A stretch of 64,000 bases of DNA from positions 1 to 64,000 of IMG/VR virus record IMGVR_UViG_3300027974_001900. One strand, 5' to 3'. Source of the DNA: a virus. Numbering within the stretch: the stretch's first letter is position 1; every line of letters starts with the position of its first letter. The notes beneath the pieces were generated by a model. It did no database searches and was not told where the DNA came from. It saw nothing but the letters and a program-made list of their open reading frames with translations. Below, one piece after another: positions 27,720 to 36,984 of the stretch. A program made the translations under genes and the position numbers.

Positions 27720-29030
27720 TTAGCACCCCAAGATATTAGCAACCAACGGAATTTGAGAAGCTAAACATAACAAAAAGCTTCCTACAAAGATTGGAAGTGG
27801 TGCATACTTCATTGTTTCAGCGGCATTCTTGGCTATACCAGCTTGTGTTTCTGTAATCTTGGCATAGGTTAATTCGTCAAGAACCTTAACAAGTTCATCT
27901 CTTAGTTTATCTTTTTCGTCTTTTGCTTCTGACGCTAATGCCGTGGCATTTAGAGTAATTGTAACACCAGGAGAAGGAACGTTACCGCCAAACTTACCAC
28001 GAATCTGACTTAACATTTCTTTTGATAAAGCTAGCGCATATCTTCTGATCCATTGCTTTCCTATGCTGTTGATGTTAGTATATGGTATGTTCTCGAAAGG
28101 TAGAGTGTTTAGGTTATTGACGCCACCAATTCCATCGTTTGTTGTACCAGCCTGCCAAGCGTCAGGAACGATGTAAAATCTAAAATACATCTTTGATACA
28201 TCTGTAGCTGCTGGTACTGGATAAAGCCTTAATTTGTTATCTACAATCTCATAAGAGTGATGGGATGTTCTTGTATAGATTGAATCTTCATACATCATAG
28301 CTTGTAGTTTATTCTGCCACGTTGGAACAACCTCAAAAGTAGAGTCATCAGTATACATACCATAAGTTGTCATGTTACCAATAACGTTAATACCGCCATA
28401 GTAGGCAAAAAATCTCCACATGGCTCTTGGAGTAATATAGTAAACTCTAGTTACGACTGCTCTCTTCCCCATTAGTTCTGGGTGCCCAGACGCACTTAAT
28501 GCGGTATCTGCTGCTGTTTGTAAATCATAATCTTGAACACTAGAGGTTAAATTAATTGATGCTGAATAAACAGGAACATCGCCACCGACTCCAACAGAAG
28601 CTCCAAAACCTTTGGCAACATTTCTTGGTAATTGTGCTTGGAATCTTGGGAACTTTAGTGCAACACTACTTCCAGTTGGTCCAGATAATAAATGTCCAAG
28701 ATGATCAAAAGTTCCTGTCGTTGCACCAAGCATGTTTGGTAAAGAATTCTTTGCCTGATGAATGTTTACAAGATAAGAATATTCCATACAGGCAGCTTGA
28801 TAAGCTGCATAAACATTTTGATTTGTTAATTCAATATCTAATACGTCACCACCAAGCATCTTATAAACATAGGCTACTTGCTCTGCAGCTCCAGATAAAA
28901 AATATTGGTCTGTACTATATTCTGCTATGTTAAACGGTAATGAAGTAGCTGCTACTGCTGCTGCTGTTGAAGAAGCAGATAATCTTACAGTTGTCGTTGT
29001 CGATGCTGGGGTAAGAACGGGTAATGCCAT
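27720..29030 (-). CDS. Neck / head-tail adaptor (gp13-like)
   Basis: LGGDVLDIEL, LRLYPVP, QWIRRYALALSKEMLSQIRGKF, PLPIFVG. Confidence 0.8.
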   Translation of the reverse strand: MALPVLTPASTTTTVRLSASSTAAAVAATSLPFNIAEYSTDQYFLSGAAEQVAYVYKMLGGDVLDIELTNQNVYAAYQAACMEYSYLVNIHQAKNSLPNMLGATTGTFDHLGHLLSGPTGSSVALKFPRFQAQLPRNVAKGFGASVGVGGDVPVYSASINLTSSVQDYDLQTAADTALSASGHPELMGKRAVVTRVYYITPRAMWRFFAYYGGINVIGNMTTYGMYTDDSTFEVVPTWQNKLQAMMYEDSIYTRTSHHSYEIVDNKLRLYPVPAATDVSKMYFRFYIVPDAWQAGTTNDGIGGVNNLNTLPFENIPYTNINSIGKQWIRRYALALSKEMLSQIRGKFGGNVPSPGVTITLNATALASEAKDEKDKLRDELVKVLDELTYAKITETQAGIAKNAAETMKYAPLPIFVGSFLLCLASQIPLVANILGC

Positions 29031-29497
29031 AAATTATTTCTCCACTTAACTAAATAGTCCTTGTTATCTAAATAAGTATTAATGAACCCACCTATTATAG
29101 AACAACTCGGAATGTTTAATCTTTTAAATTGGATATTTCTTCCCAGAACAGAATTGGCATAGCCAACTCCACATTTGCCTTTTAAACCAGCATTACCACA
29201 ATTATATGCAGCAAGAGCCAGCTTCATATTGCCGGATCTTCGCTTCCAATAACGAATGGCTCTTGTGCCAACGATTCTATTGATGTAAGGAATTCTTAAA
29301 AGCTGTCTTGGCACTGGTGAATAACGATAATCGATTTGCATCACGCCCGTGCAGTATGTATTACTTTTAACGAATATATTTCCTCTTGATTCCTGATATT
29401 CAATAGAGTCGATTATTTTGTTGCTTATCTCCGGATCATTGGCTCTGCAAGTGAGCAATAAGCTGATCCAGAAACTCAGCTTAAAAATAACAAACAT
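28985..29497 (-). CDS. Lytic transglycosylase (SLT domain) with hydrophobic N-terminus
   Basis: Catalytic QESRG, GVMQI, ALAAYNCG; N-terminal hydrophobic stretch ending LLLTC. Confidence 0.82.
   Translation of the reverse strand: MFVIFKLSFWISLLLTCRANDPEISNKIIDSIEYQESRGNIFVKSNTYCTGVMQIDYRYSPVPRQLLRIPYINRIVGTRAIRYWKRRSGNMKLALAAYNCGNAGLKGKCGVGYANSVLGRNIQFKRLNIPSCSIIGGFINTYLDNKDYLVKWRNNLWHYPFLPQHRQRQL
29051..29058 (-). promoter_or_regulatory. Putative late promoter ACTATTTA, inside the SLT gene
   Basis: 21 nt upstream of ATG 29030. Confidence 0.65.
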
Positions 29498-29514
29498 TGT
29501 TATAAGTAGTTTCT

Positions 29515-29554
29515 AAAAACACAAAACCCCTGTCAAGTTTCCCTGACAGGGGTT
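29515..29554 (-). terminator. Intrinsic terminator after the major capsid gene
   Basis: aacccctgtca/tgacaggggtt 11-bp stem plus U-rich tract. Confidence 0.85.
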
Positions 29555-29577
29555 CTGCTTAATTAACCCTTAGTTGA

Positions 29578-31464
29578 TTAACCAATTAGGTCGGCAACAA
29601 CTACTAGACCAAACATGTCTGGACGAACCATCTTCTTGGCGTAGCGAGTCATTAGACCCTTTCTTGGTACAAAGTCTTCTGTACCAAAGATTGTTGGTGT
29701 AATCATTAGTGGTACGTATGGAGCGTAGACATAACCACTTTCGAGGAATGCCTTGCCTCTACGACCAACGAGGATTAGGTTGCGTGGGAAGTATGGATCA
29801 ACATAGAGATCCCACTTCTTGCTGAGGCTACCAGCCTTGACTGCGCCAACTGAACCGCCCTTTAGATCTTCCATGCTGACATCAGCGCGGAAACCAGAGG
29901 TGAATTCTAGGATGTTGGCAACTTCAGGTGAAGTTACAAGAAAGTTCGCACCACCACGTCTTGTCTTTCTGTGGATTTGAGCTGAAACGTCATTAATTGT
30001 TTCAATGAGTGTTTCATACCACATGCTGACATTGCCTGTGAAGTCCGGTGGAGCACCGACTGATGTGATGCTTGCGCCTGAATCACGGTTGACGAACTTA
30101 CCTGGTCTGCGGCTCCAGTACTTGACTGCAGCTGTTGCACCCTTAACGAGATCGTTGAGGATTTCTTGATCAATTTCAAGAGCAACGTGTTCAGATAGGA
30201 TGCTTGTTAGCTCAACTTCAGCATCAAGGTTGTGGTAAGCGTTTAGGTCTTGACCTAATTCTGGTGACCACTTGGCCTTGAGTTTCTTGGTTTGAGCTGT
30301 TACAGCGATGCTATCGACTTTGATATCGATTTCTGGGATTGTAGCATTAAAGCCAGTTGCGCTAGTTGGAGTGTAGTTTGAACCACTACCGGCACCTTCA
30401 AGATACAATGATTCAGCAATTGATCCCAAAGTATTACCACCTGGTGATACTCCATCTCTGACTGCAAATGTTACTAGCGGTGTAGCTGAACGAGCAACCA
30501 TTGTTGCCAAGTCTATTGCTTTGGCAGCAGTTGCTGAACCTGTTGCTTGAACAACGAATAACAAGCCAGCTGTAGTGGAGTTGAGAGAAACAAGACCATT
30601 ACTTCCGACAAAAGCTCCCTTTGTTAATCTTCTTACTATTGAGCCAGTTGTTGGGTATAATTTATGTGGACTATCAGAACCAACTGTTGGTGAGAAAGTA
30701 ATGATATTCTTCATATCAAGATTTGCTGCAGCTGCTGGAAGTGTGCTACCTGTTACAACAAATACTGCAACAGCTTGACCTACTAGATCTGCATCATAGT
30801 CTACTAATTGCGATAATGTTGTAGCATTTGGGAAAATTGTTGCAGCAGGACCAGTTAATGTGCTGACAAGAGCAGCGTCATCACCAACTCCGCCACCAAC
30901 AGTTCCAGATGCAATACAAACAAATGCAGCATTTCCCGCTCCTGATCCAGTAGGAGATGAAAAGCCGTTATTTAGTGAGTAGAAGCTTTTTTCTAGGTTT
31001 TGAACACCATTGCTATCAACACCAGTTAAGCTAACACCACCAGTGATTTGGCTAGCTACAACGTTACCACCGTAAATAGATTGAGCACCAATTGCACCTA
31101 CATTTGTTTTACTTGCTGTATCATTGCTATATGTAAAATCAAGGAAGAAGATTAGACCGGATGGTAGGCTCATTGGTTGAACTGCTACGAGTTCATTTGC
31201 AATTAGACCACCGAATACGCGTCTAACAATTGGGAATGCAACTGCAGCAAAACCTTCAACGTCACCAGCGGACATTGTGGAAGCTTCACGGAGTAGTTCC
31301 TTTGCTTGATTTTCTAATAGACGTGACATTGTTGTTCTTGTTACGTCGCTATCGATTCCTTCGAGTAGACCTGTTCTCTCCCATTTCTTTGAGAGGGCAG
31401 CGCCTTCACGAAGGAGATTTCTTTCTACAATATTTTCTGTTAATCTTTCGACTATACTTGCCAT
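29578..31464 (-). CDS. Major capsid protein (T4 gp23-like)
   Basis: LLENQ, FPIVRRVF, VQPMSLPSGLIFFL, KLKAKWSPELGQDLNAYH, ALEIDQEI, YAPYVPL, GLMTRY. Confidence 0.96.
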   Translation of the reverse strand: MASIVERLTENIVERNLLREGAALSKKWERTGLLEGIDSDVTRTTMSRLLENQAKELLREASTMSAGDVEGFAAVAFPIVRRVFGGLIANELVAVQPMSLPSGLIFFLDFTYSNDTASKTNVGAIGAQSIYGGNVVASQITGGVSLTGVDSNGVQNLEKSFYSLNNGFSSPTGSGAGNAAFVCIASGTVGGGVGDDAALVSTLTGPAATIFPNATTLSQLVDYDADLVGQAVAVFVVTGSTLPAAAANLDMKNIITFSPTVGSDSPHKLYPTTGSIVRRLTKGAFVGSNGLVSLNSTTAGLLFVVQATGSATAAKAIDLATMVARSATPLVTFAVRDGVSPGGNTLGSIAESLYLEGAGSGSNYTPTSATGFNATIPEIDIKVDSIAVTAQTKKLKAKWSPELGQDLNAYHNLDAEVELTSILSEHVALEIDQEILNDLVKGATAAVKYWSRRPGKFVNRDSGASITSVGAPPDFTGNVSMWYETLIETINDVSAQIHRKTRRGGANFLVTSPEVANILEFTSGFRADVSMEDLKGGSVGAVKAGSLSKKWDLYVDPYFPRNLILVGRRGKAFLESGYVYAPYVPLMITPTIFGTEDFVPRKGLMTRYAKKMVRPDMFGLVVVADLIG

Positions 31465-31494
31465 TGTTTTATCTCCTTTGATAAAGTTAAGTTA

Positions 31495-33156
31495 TTATAA
31501 ACCTGCTAACCGTTTCATACGTTCAGCAATATCATCTTGCTTCTTAGGCTCCGCACGAGTGCCTCTTAGCAAAAGTGAAGAAGAACGTCTTTCAACTGCC
31601 TCGCTCAATGATTTGGGTGTACTTCTACTGGTTCCATCCCGCATTGTGCTTTTTAATGTTTCATAAAGCAATTTTACTTCTTCAGCTGTCTTGGCACCAT
31701 CAATAGATTCAGCAATTTTATTTTTTTGCTGTCCATTTAGGGAACTATCTGATAGCGCCTTATTAGTATATAGTAGCTTATAATTCAATATTCTTGACTC
31801 ATGTAATTTTTCTTCATAATTCTTGATTTTATTAACCAAAGTTTCATTTAATTTTACAGAATCTTTTAAGCCACTCTTTAATCTCTTGTTTGATTCTTTT
31901 AGAGAATCTACTTCTTGCTCTAATTCTTCAATCTGAGCTTGTAGTTCTTCTAACATATAATCGTGTTCTGCTTCTTCTTTGAACATACCAGTAAATGGTG
32001 ATCTTTGACCTGATCTCTTCCAGTCAAGTTTAATAGCTTCTTTAAGATCTTCTCTTTTGGCTGTTGCTAATAGTGTTTTTAATCTTGTTGCCCAACCTGG
32101 ATGTTGTTTTTCCTGTGTTGTATTAAGAGCGTTTTCAAGTTGTTTTATTAACTCTTTAATAAGTTCAGCATCTGTTAATTCTTTTTTATCAGATTTCTTT
32201 GTTTCTTCTAAATCTTCTTCCTCGTCATCGTCTTCTTCGTCGGATTCTTCTTCGTCTTCTTCGTCGGATTCTTCTTCGTCTTCTTCGTCTTGCTCGTCAT
32301 CATAATACTCTTCATCATCAAAATCTTCTACGTCGGCGTCTGGATTATAATCCTCGTCGTCTTCTTCATCTTCATCTTCTTCTGAATCATAATCAATGTG
32401 GAATCCAACATCGTCTTCTGCGCCGTAAAGATCTTCGTCTCCGAGATCTTCATCATCTTCAAAGTCTTCATCTTCGATGTCAACGTCCATGTCTTCTTCA
32501 TCATCTAAATCAACGTCTTCATCCTCGTCATCAAATTCTTCATCACCTTCATCATTAAAATCATTTAGGTCAGAAAGTTCTTCGGCATCATCTTCAGAAT
32601 CTTCGTCGTCATCTTCAAAATCATCTTCGTCAGATTCTTCTTCGTCATCGTATGGGAAGGTTTCTGATTCATCATCAAAGTCTTCATCATCATTCATTTC
32701 TTCTTCTAATTCTTCATTAAGTTTAGATTTCTTTGATAATACCTTTAATTCTTGAAGAGCAAGTTGTTCTGGGGTTTCTTTGTTTTTGCTGAATTCAAAT
32801 TCTGTTAAAGAATCAAGATCAATTTCAACAACGCCAGTTGGGTAAGCTTTGTCTGCAATCATTTCGCCATCCTTAAAAGCATAATCAAGCTTTGTGAAAA
32901 TAGAAGATTTATTATCTTCATCTGCTTTTGCTTTCTCTGGATCAACAGGAGCAGAACCAGGAGTTACTGGCATACCAGGCATAGGAGCGGCAGCAGGAGC
33001 AGGATCAGCGGCAGGAGCGGCTTGTTCTAAAAGCCTCTCAATTTCTCCTTCAAATTCTCCAGAATATTTTTCAATTAAAGATTGTTGTGCATTTTTAATT
33101 GCAGCTTCCTTTAATTCTTTTGCGTCTAAAATTGCTTGTTCTAACATTGAACTCAT
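31495..33156 (-). CDS. Prohead core / scaffold protein with very long acidic tract
   Basis: Upstream of the capsid gene; MLEQAILDAKELKEAA, coiled-coils, LNYKLLYTNK, terminal RMKRLAGL. Confidence 0.8.
   Translation of the reverse strand: MSSMLEQAILDAKELKEAAIKNAQQSLIEKYSGEFEGEIERLLEQAAPAADPAPAAAPMPGMPVTPGSAPVDPEKAKADEDNKSSIFTKLDYAFKDGEMIADKAYPTGVVEIDLDSLTEFEFSKNKETPEQLALQELKVLSKKSKLNEELEEEMNDDEDFDDESETFPYDDEEESDEDDFEDDDEDSEDDAEELSDLNDFNDEGDEEFDDEDEDVDLDDEEDMDVDIEDEDFEDDEDLGDEDLYGAEDDVGFHIDYDSEEDEDEEDDEDYNPDADVEDFDDEEYYDDEQDEEDEEESDEEDEEESDEEDDDEEEDLEETKKSDKKELTDAELIKELIKQLENALNTTQEKQHPGWATRLKTLLATAKREDLKEAIKLDWKRSGQRSPFTGMFKEEAEHDYMLEELQAQIEELEQEVDSLKESNKRLKSGLKDSVKLNETLVNKIKNYEEKLHESRILNYKLLYTNKALSDSSLNGQQKNKIAESIDGAKTAEEVKLLYETLKSTMRDGTSRSTPKSLSEAVERRSSSLLLRGTRAEPKKQDDIAERMKRLAGL
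32231..32291. repeat. 21-nt coding tandem repeat (EEDEEESD) inside the acidic tract
   Basis: tcttcttcgtcggattcttcttcgtc occurs twice at 21-nt period. Confidence 0.7.
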
Positions 33157-33182
33157 TTATAATTTCTCCATTTATGGTATAA

Positions 33183-33190
33183 TAAATAGT
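33183..33190 (-). promoter_or_regulatory. Putative late promoter ACTATTTA for scaffold and capsid genes
   Basis: 27 nt upstream of ATG 33156; lies within the palindrome aataaata-gta-tatttatt. Confidence 0.7.
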
Positions 33191-33269
33191 ATATTTATTC
33201 CCTAATGATTTTTTTTCTTAATTCCGCCAATAGACAGAGAATTTCCTTTTTTACCAAATCTACTTTTCA

Positions 33270-33695
33270 TTATCCAACTCCCAATGAACCAGACCAGTTA
33301 TTACCAGTAGCAACAAAGGAAGGAACTCCTCTTGGAATTGGAGTTAATCCTGCTATAATTGAAGCAGAACTTTGCACTGTTGTATTTGAAATTAAGAATA
33401 AATCTTCAATTCTCCATTCGCCAGTATAAGATTCTCCAAAAGCTAGTGAAAAATAATTTGAAGTATTAGTAGTTCCAAGAGCGCTAAAGCCGACTCTAAT
33501 AGCTGGAGCACCAGAGACAGAACCAGTATTAACAATTGTTACAAATTTAGTTACATATGGGAACTGAACCTTCAATATTGCTGCATTACTTGCTGGTACT
33601 GTTAAGCTAGAAGTAACAAAAGGAATCCCACCTAATTGATAAGAACCCACTGACCCCAATCCAGGATTTGGCCATTGCATTGTTTCATTTGCCAT
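33270..33695 (-). CDS. Probable virion structural / decoration protein
   Basis: 141 aa, beta-rich, GLGSVGSYQLGGIPFVTSS; own late motif. Confidence 0.55.
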   Translation of the reverse strand: MANETMQWPNPGLGSVGSYQLGGIPFVTSSLTVPASNAAILKVQFPYVTKFVTIVNTGSVSGAPAIRVGFSALGTTNTSNYFSLAFGESYTGEWRIEDLFLISNTTVQSSASIIAGLTPIPRGVPSFVATGNNWSGSLGVG

Positions 33696-33719
33696 AATAA
33701 TTAACTCCTTAAGTTACAA

Positions 33720-33727
33720 TAAATAGT
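33720..33727 (-). promoter_or_regulatory. Putative late promoter ACTATTTA
   Basis: 25 nt upstream of ATG 33695. Confidence 0.7.
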
Positions 33728-33970
33728 TTACTCTTTCTTTTCTTTTGGCATGTCTTTTGCTTCTCTTTCTCTGCGAAGTTTAGCTATAACTTTTTTCCTA
33801 CGATTCTTCATTCTCGATCTTTTTGCAGTTGGAGTTTCATAATATTTTCTATTTTGAATCTCTTCTACAATCTTTTCTTTCTTAACTTTGTTAAGAAATC
33901 TTTTAACCATTCTTTCTGGGTGTTCACCTTGTCTTAGTTTAACTTCGACATTGCATCTCTTGTTTGCCAT
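33728..33970 (-). CDS. rpsU: Ribosomal protein bS21 homologue
   Basis: VKLRQGEHPERMVKRFLNKVKKEKIVEEIQNRKYYETPTAKR matches the bS21 pattern. Confidence 0.85.
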   Translation of the reverse strand: MANKRCNVEVKLRQGEHPERMVKRFLNKVKKEKIVEEIQNRKYYETPTAKRSRMKNRRKKVIAKLRREREAKDMPKEKKE

Positions 33971-33976
33971 ACTTCC

Positions 33977-34354
33977 TCATTTAAATCCCTTTAATCCTGG
34001 GATGTTGTTAAGAATGGATAAATCCATTCCTGGATCTCCGTCATCAACGGAACGATTATCTGGACCTGGTGCTGGCTCTAAGCCTTCAAATACGCTGGCG
34101 TATGCACCTTTACCAATAGAATCAGCAAGTTTTTTTCTTACTTCGTTTATTTGTGGTTTTGATTGTGGTTGTTGTGGCTGTTTTTTTGGAGAAGTAACTT
34201 CTGGATCTCTTCTGGTTGATTCAGAAAAGATTTGTTTATTGCCTTTATTAACTTCGTTAATAAGACTGGACAACAGCCCTTCTTCTAGCAACATCTCTTG
34301 TAAACATTCTTTAACAAGAGGCTTCATAATTTTTTTCATTTCGCTCTTTGTCAT
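33977..34354 (-). CDS. Hypothetical head-module protein
   Basis: MTKSEMKKIMKPLVKECLQEMLLEEG leader; GDPGMDLS. Confidence 0.65.
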   Translation of the reverse strand: MTKSEMKKIMKPLVKECLQEMLLEEGLLSSLINEVNKGNKQIFSESTRRDPEVTSPKKQPQQPQSKPQINEVRKKLADSIGKGAYASVFEGLEPAPGPDNRSVDDGDPGMDLSILNNIPGLKGFK

Positions 34355-34945
34355 TTAATCCTCAATTAGAATGTCATTCATTGCTCTAAAAATCTTATCT
34401 GATTTGGTAAAGATATTTGGTTCTTTGTGTTCCTTAAATAAGAAAGCACCAGTTGTTGATGGTTCCGAAACAAGATCAAAGCAGATTAACTGAAAGTCAT
34501 CTTGTACCATTGTTGTTCCGCCTTGGTCCTTTGTCGAACCAAGACCGCGAGAAGAAACGCCAAGCTTAACTCCGCCCCTAATAAGATCCTTTGCAATTCT
34601 ACCAGCAGGAGTATCTAATAGGCGAAGCTTTCCAATAACTTCATCATTTCTCATCTCAATGTGTGTTACGATGTGAGAAGCATTTTTTAATTCGATAACA
34701 GAGGAGTCTGGGTGGTCTAACTCGCCAAGTGCTCTTTTTTCTTGAACAAGTTTTTTATAGTTTTCTACTTCTCTTTGAAGTGTTCTCTTTGGATAAACTC
34801 TGCCGTTGCCATTCTTAGCATCTGCCCTTTGCAGACGACCAGCAAGAATGACATCGCCAGCTTCAATCATTCTCTTATCATCTTCTGTTAAAAGAGAAGA
34901 ATCATTATCAAGTTCAAGAAATTCTGTTAAAACGTATTTATTCAT
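34355..34945 (-). CDS. Prohead core protease (T4 gp21-like)
   Basis: NGNGRVYP, ALGELDHP, ASH, LDTPAG, GVSSRGLGS, FDLVSEPS. Confidence 0.95.
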   Translation of the reverse strand: MNKYVLTEFLELDNDSSLLTEDDKRMIEAGDVILAGRLQRADAKNGNGRVYPKRTLQREVENYKKLVQEKRALGELDHPDSSVIELKNASHIVTHIEMRNDEVIGKLRLLDTPAGRIAKDLIRGGVKLGVSSRGLGSTKDQGGTTMVQDDFQLICFDLVSEPSTTGAFLFKEHKEPNIFTKSDKIFRAMNDILIED

Positions 34946-35142
34946 TATTTTATTGCCTTTAACAAACCAGTCAATCTAACTGTCTCTTCTCTAGTTTTAG
35001 CCATGCTTTTAATTCTATCCATTTCTAAATCTAGTGCAACCACAGCAGGATCTTTGGCCAATGGAGTATCTTCATTCAGGCTCTTAAACCTAGTAACTTC
35101 TTCTTCAATAATCTGATTTAGTCTTTCGTATGATATTTTCAT
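34945..35142 (-). CDS. Small head-module protein
   Basis: Start reset to ATG 35142 (SD AAAGGAGGT): MKISYERLNQIIEEEV. Confidence 0.65.
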   Translation of the reverse strand: MKISYERLNQIIEEEVTRFKSLNEDTPLAKDPAVVALDLEMDRIKSMAKTREETVRLTGLLKAIK

Positions 35143-35163
35143 AGTCAGCAACCTCCTTTGCAA

Positions 35164-35511
35164 TTAGTTGGTGGTCTTTTCATCCACTTGTTTGTCCAGA
35201 GATTGTGCCCCTGATTTGATTTTAAAATTAAAGCCATCATCGCTTACTCCCATATTTAATATGTAGCTAGTTCCAGAGCTTAAAAATCCCAATAACATAA
35301 AATTTATTATAGACTGCTCAAAACTAAATAGTTCGGTATATGGAGAAACTCCACATAAAAACATTCCTACCCAAAATCCCATACACATAGGACATTGGAA
35401 TAATTCTCCAAACCATCCTTTTGTAGGTCTAATGAATTTTAAAATTGCACCATAACAAAGTATTTGGGTTAAGCCATAAGCAATAAGAATAAAATAAATT
35501 AGTTGAAGCAT
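35164..35511 (-). CDS. DUF1360-like membrane protein
   Basis: Three hydrophobic segments with GELFQCPMCMGFWVG. Confidence 0.65.
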   Translation of the reverse strand: MLQLIYFILIAYGLTQILCYGAILKFIRPTKGWFGELFQCPMCMGFWVGMFLCGVSPYTELFSFEQSIINFMLLGFLSSGTSYILNMGVSDDGFNFKIKSGAQSLDKQVDEKTTN

Positions 35512-35547
35512 TTATCCTCTATTGTTGTTCGAACCAATTAATTCTTC

Positions 35548-36159
35548 CTACACCCTATAAAGAATACCATAAGCAGTTTGATAAATGTTTACGTGTCCTT
35601 TTCTTGGTTTTTGTGGAACTTCACCAAGTTCGGTTGTATCTTCTTCTTCTGGATTTACAAACATATCTTCAACGTTTTCTTCATAATTCTTGGAAATGTC
35701 AATGAACTCCATTTCTTTTTCCATAAATCTCTTTGTAAGAAGAATTATGACTTGCATAACGTCAATCTTGTCGTTTGGAGGATAAAATGACTCTAACGAA
35801 TTAATAATCGCTCCACTTCTAATTGTTCCCTTAATTAAGACACCTTTTCTATCTAAAAATTTAAAGTATCTATTTTGAGCAGGATACGTATCAGATGTTA
35901 CATTGTCTTTTGGAATTGTAAATATTTTATTTTTTGATGGAATAATAACTATGTCAATCAAAGGATGGTCATAAATAACAATGTTGTTATCCAATGTTTT
36001 TCTTATATTAAGCTTAACTTTTATGAATCTTGGTCCAAAGATAATTTTAATTTCTTCTTTCTTTGGCTCCTCATCTGCGCCCATAGGTGTTCCAATGTCT
36101 TCTGGATTAACACCAGCAGCTGCAACTTCTTTACCTGTTATTTTAATAGTTATTGCCAT
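35548..36159 (-). CDS. Hypothetical head-module protein
   Basis: 203-aa ORF in operon. Confidence 0.65.
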   Translation of the reverse strand: MAITIKITGKEVAAAGVNPEDIGTPMGADEEPKKEEIKIIFGPRFIKVKLNIRKTLDNNIVIYDHPLIDIVIIPSKNKIFTIPKDNVTSDTYPAQNRYFKFLDRKGVLIKGTIRSGAIINSLESFYPPNDKIDVMQVIILLTKRFMEKEMEFIDISKNYEENVEDMFVNPEEEDTTELGEVPQKPRKGHVNIYQTAYGILYRV

Positions 36160-36162
36160 ATT

Positions 36163-36981
36163 TTAGTTCTCTAATTCGTTGACGAGCTTTTGGAATTTAA
36201 GGATCTTTTGTAGATACTTCTCGTCAATTTCTTCGTCTTTGAGAGCGTTAAATCTCTTTTTAACCTCAACAAGCTTCTTTAAAATTTCTTTATCTTCTTT
36301 TACCTCCGCGACGCTATGAGCGGAGTTTAATTTAGAAGAGATGTTTTGTAGTTCTTCGTTTAGAAAGACAACAAAATCGGTATTATCATCCTCTGTTGCT
36401 GTCATATATTTCTTTAACAAAGATTTTTGGTTTTCTAATAGATCGGAGTATTTCTTATTAAAAGCGTTTAAATAGCTGTGAACAACATACTTATCAATTT
36501 TCTCATTAATTTGATCCAACGTTTGTTCGCCAACTGTCATTTTTTCAATTGCTTGTCTTTCCATTAGCATTCTTGCTGGAATGGAAGCTTTGTCTCCAAA
36601 AATTTGTTGAAGAGTTGCAATATCTTTATAGTTTGGAACATAGTTTGCAAAAAATTTAGGAGTCAGTGAACGATTAACTTTTGCGATTAAAGAACTCTGT
36701 TGTTGGAATACTTTATCCATTCCAAGACCAGCATACATTCTTTTTGCTTCTGATAAAATTCTTTCTGCCAATTCTTTATCTACATTCTTTGTTTCAAGAA
36801 CAGCTTTGTAGATCTTTAATTCTTCTTTGAGAACTTTTCCTTCTGAAAAATATTCCACAAATAAATTACGAATTTCTTGTAATTTTCTTGGATCATTATC
36901 TAATTTTGCTTTTGTATATTCTCTTACAAGAGCTTCGTATAAAAACAATGTATTTCTTTTTTTATTGTGGCTTATTTTCAT
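36163..36981 (-). CDS. Hypothetical helical protein downstream of portal
   Basis: 272 aa; KISHNKKRNTLFLYEALVRE, VPNYK. Confidence 0.7.
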   Translation of the reverse strand: MKISHNKKRNTLFLYEALVREYTKAKLDNDPRKLQEIRNLFVEYFSEGKVLKEELKIYKAVLETKNVDKELAERILSEAKRMYAGLGMDKVFQQQSSLIAKVNRSLTPKFFANYVPNYKDIATLQQIFGDKASIPARMLMERQAIEKMTVGEQTLDQINEKIDKYVVHSYLNAFNKKYSDLLENQKSLLKKYMTATEDDNTDFVVFLNEELQNISSKLNSAHSVAEVKEDKEILKKLVEVKKRFNALKDEEIDEKYLQKILKFQKLVNELEN

Positions 36982-36984
36982 TTT

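Noticed and set aside
29515-29537. sigma70 promoter from the TTGACA in the capsid terminator stem
   Set aside because: No acceptable -10 hexamer at 16-18 nt spacing
35139-35160. Selenocysteine read-through at GGC-TGA of the 31-aa ORF
   Set aside because: A second TGA follows two codons later, no SECIS-like hairpin is evident, and the sequence is explained by the next gene's SD
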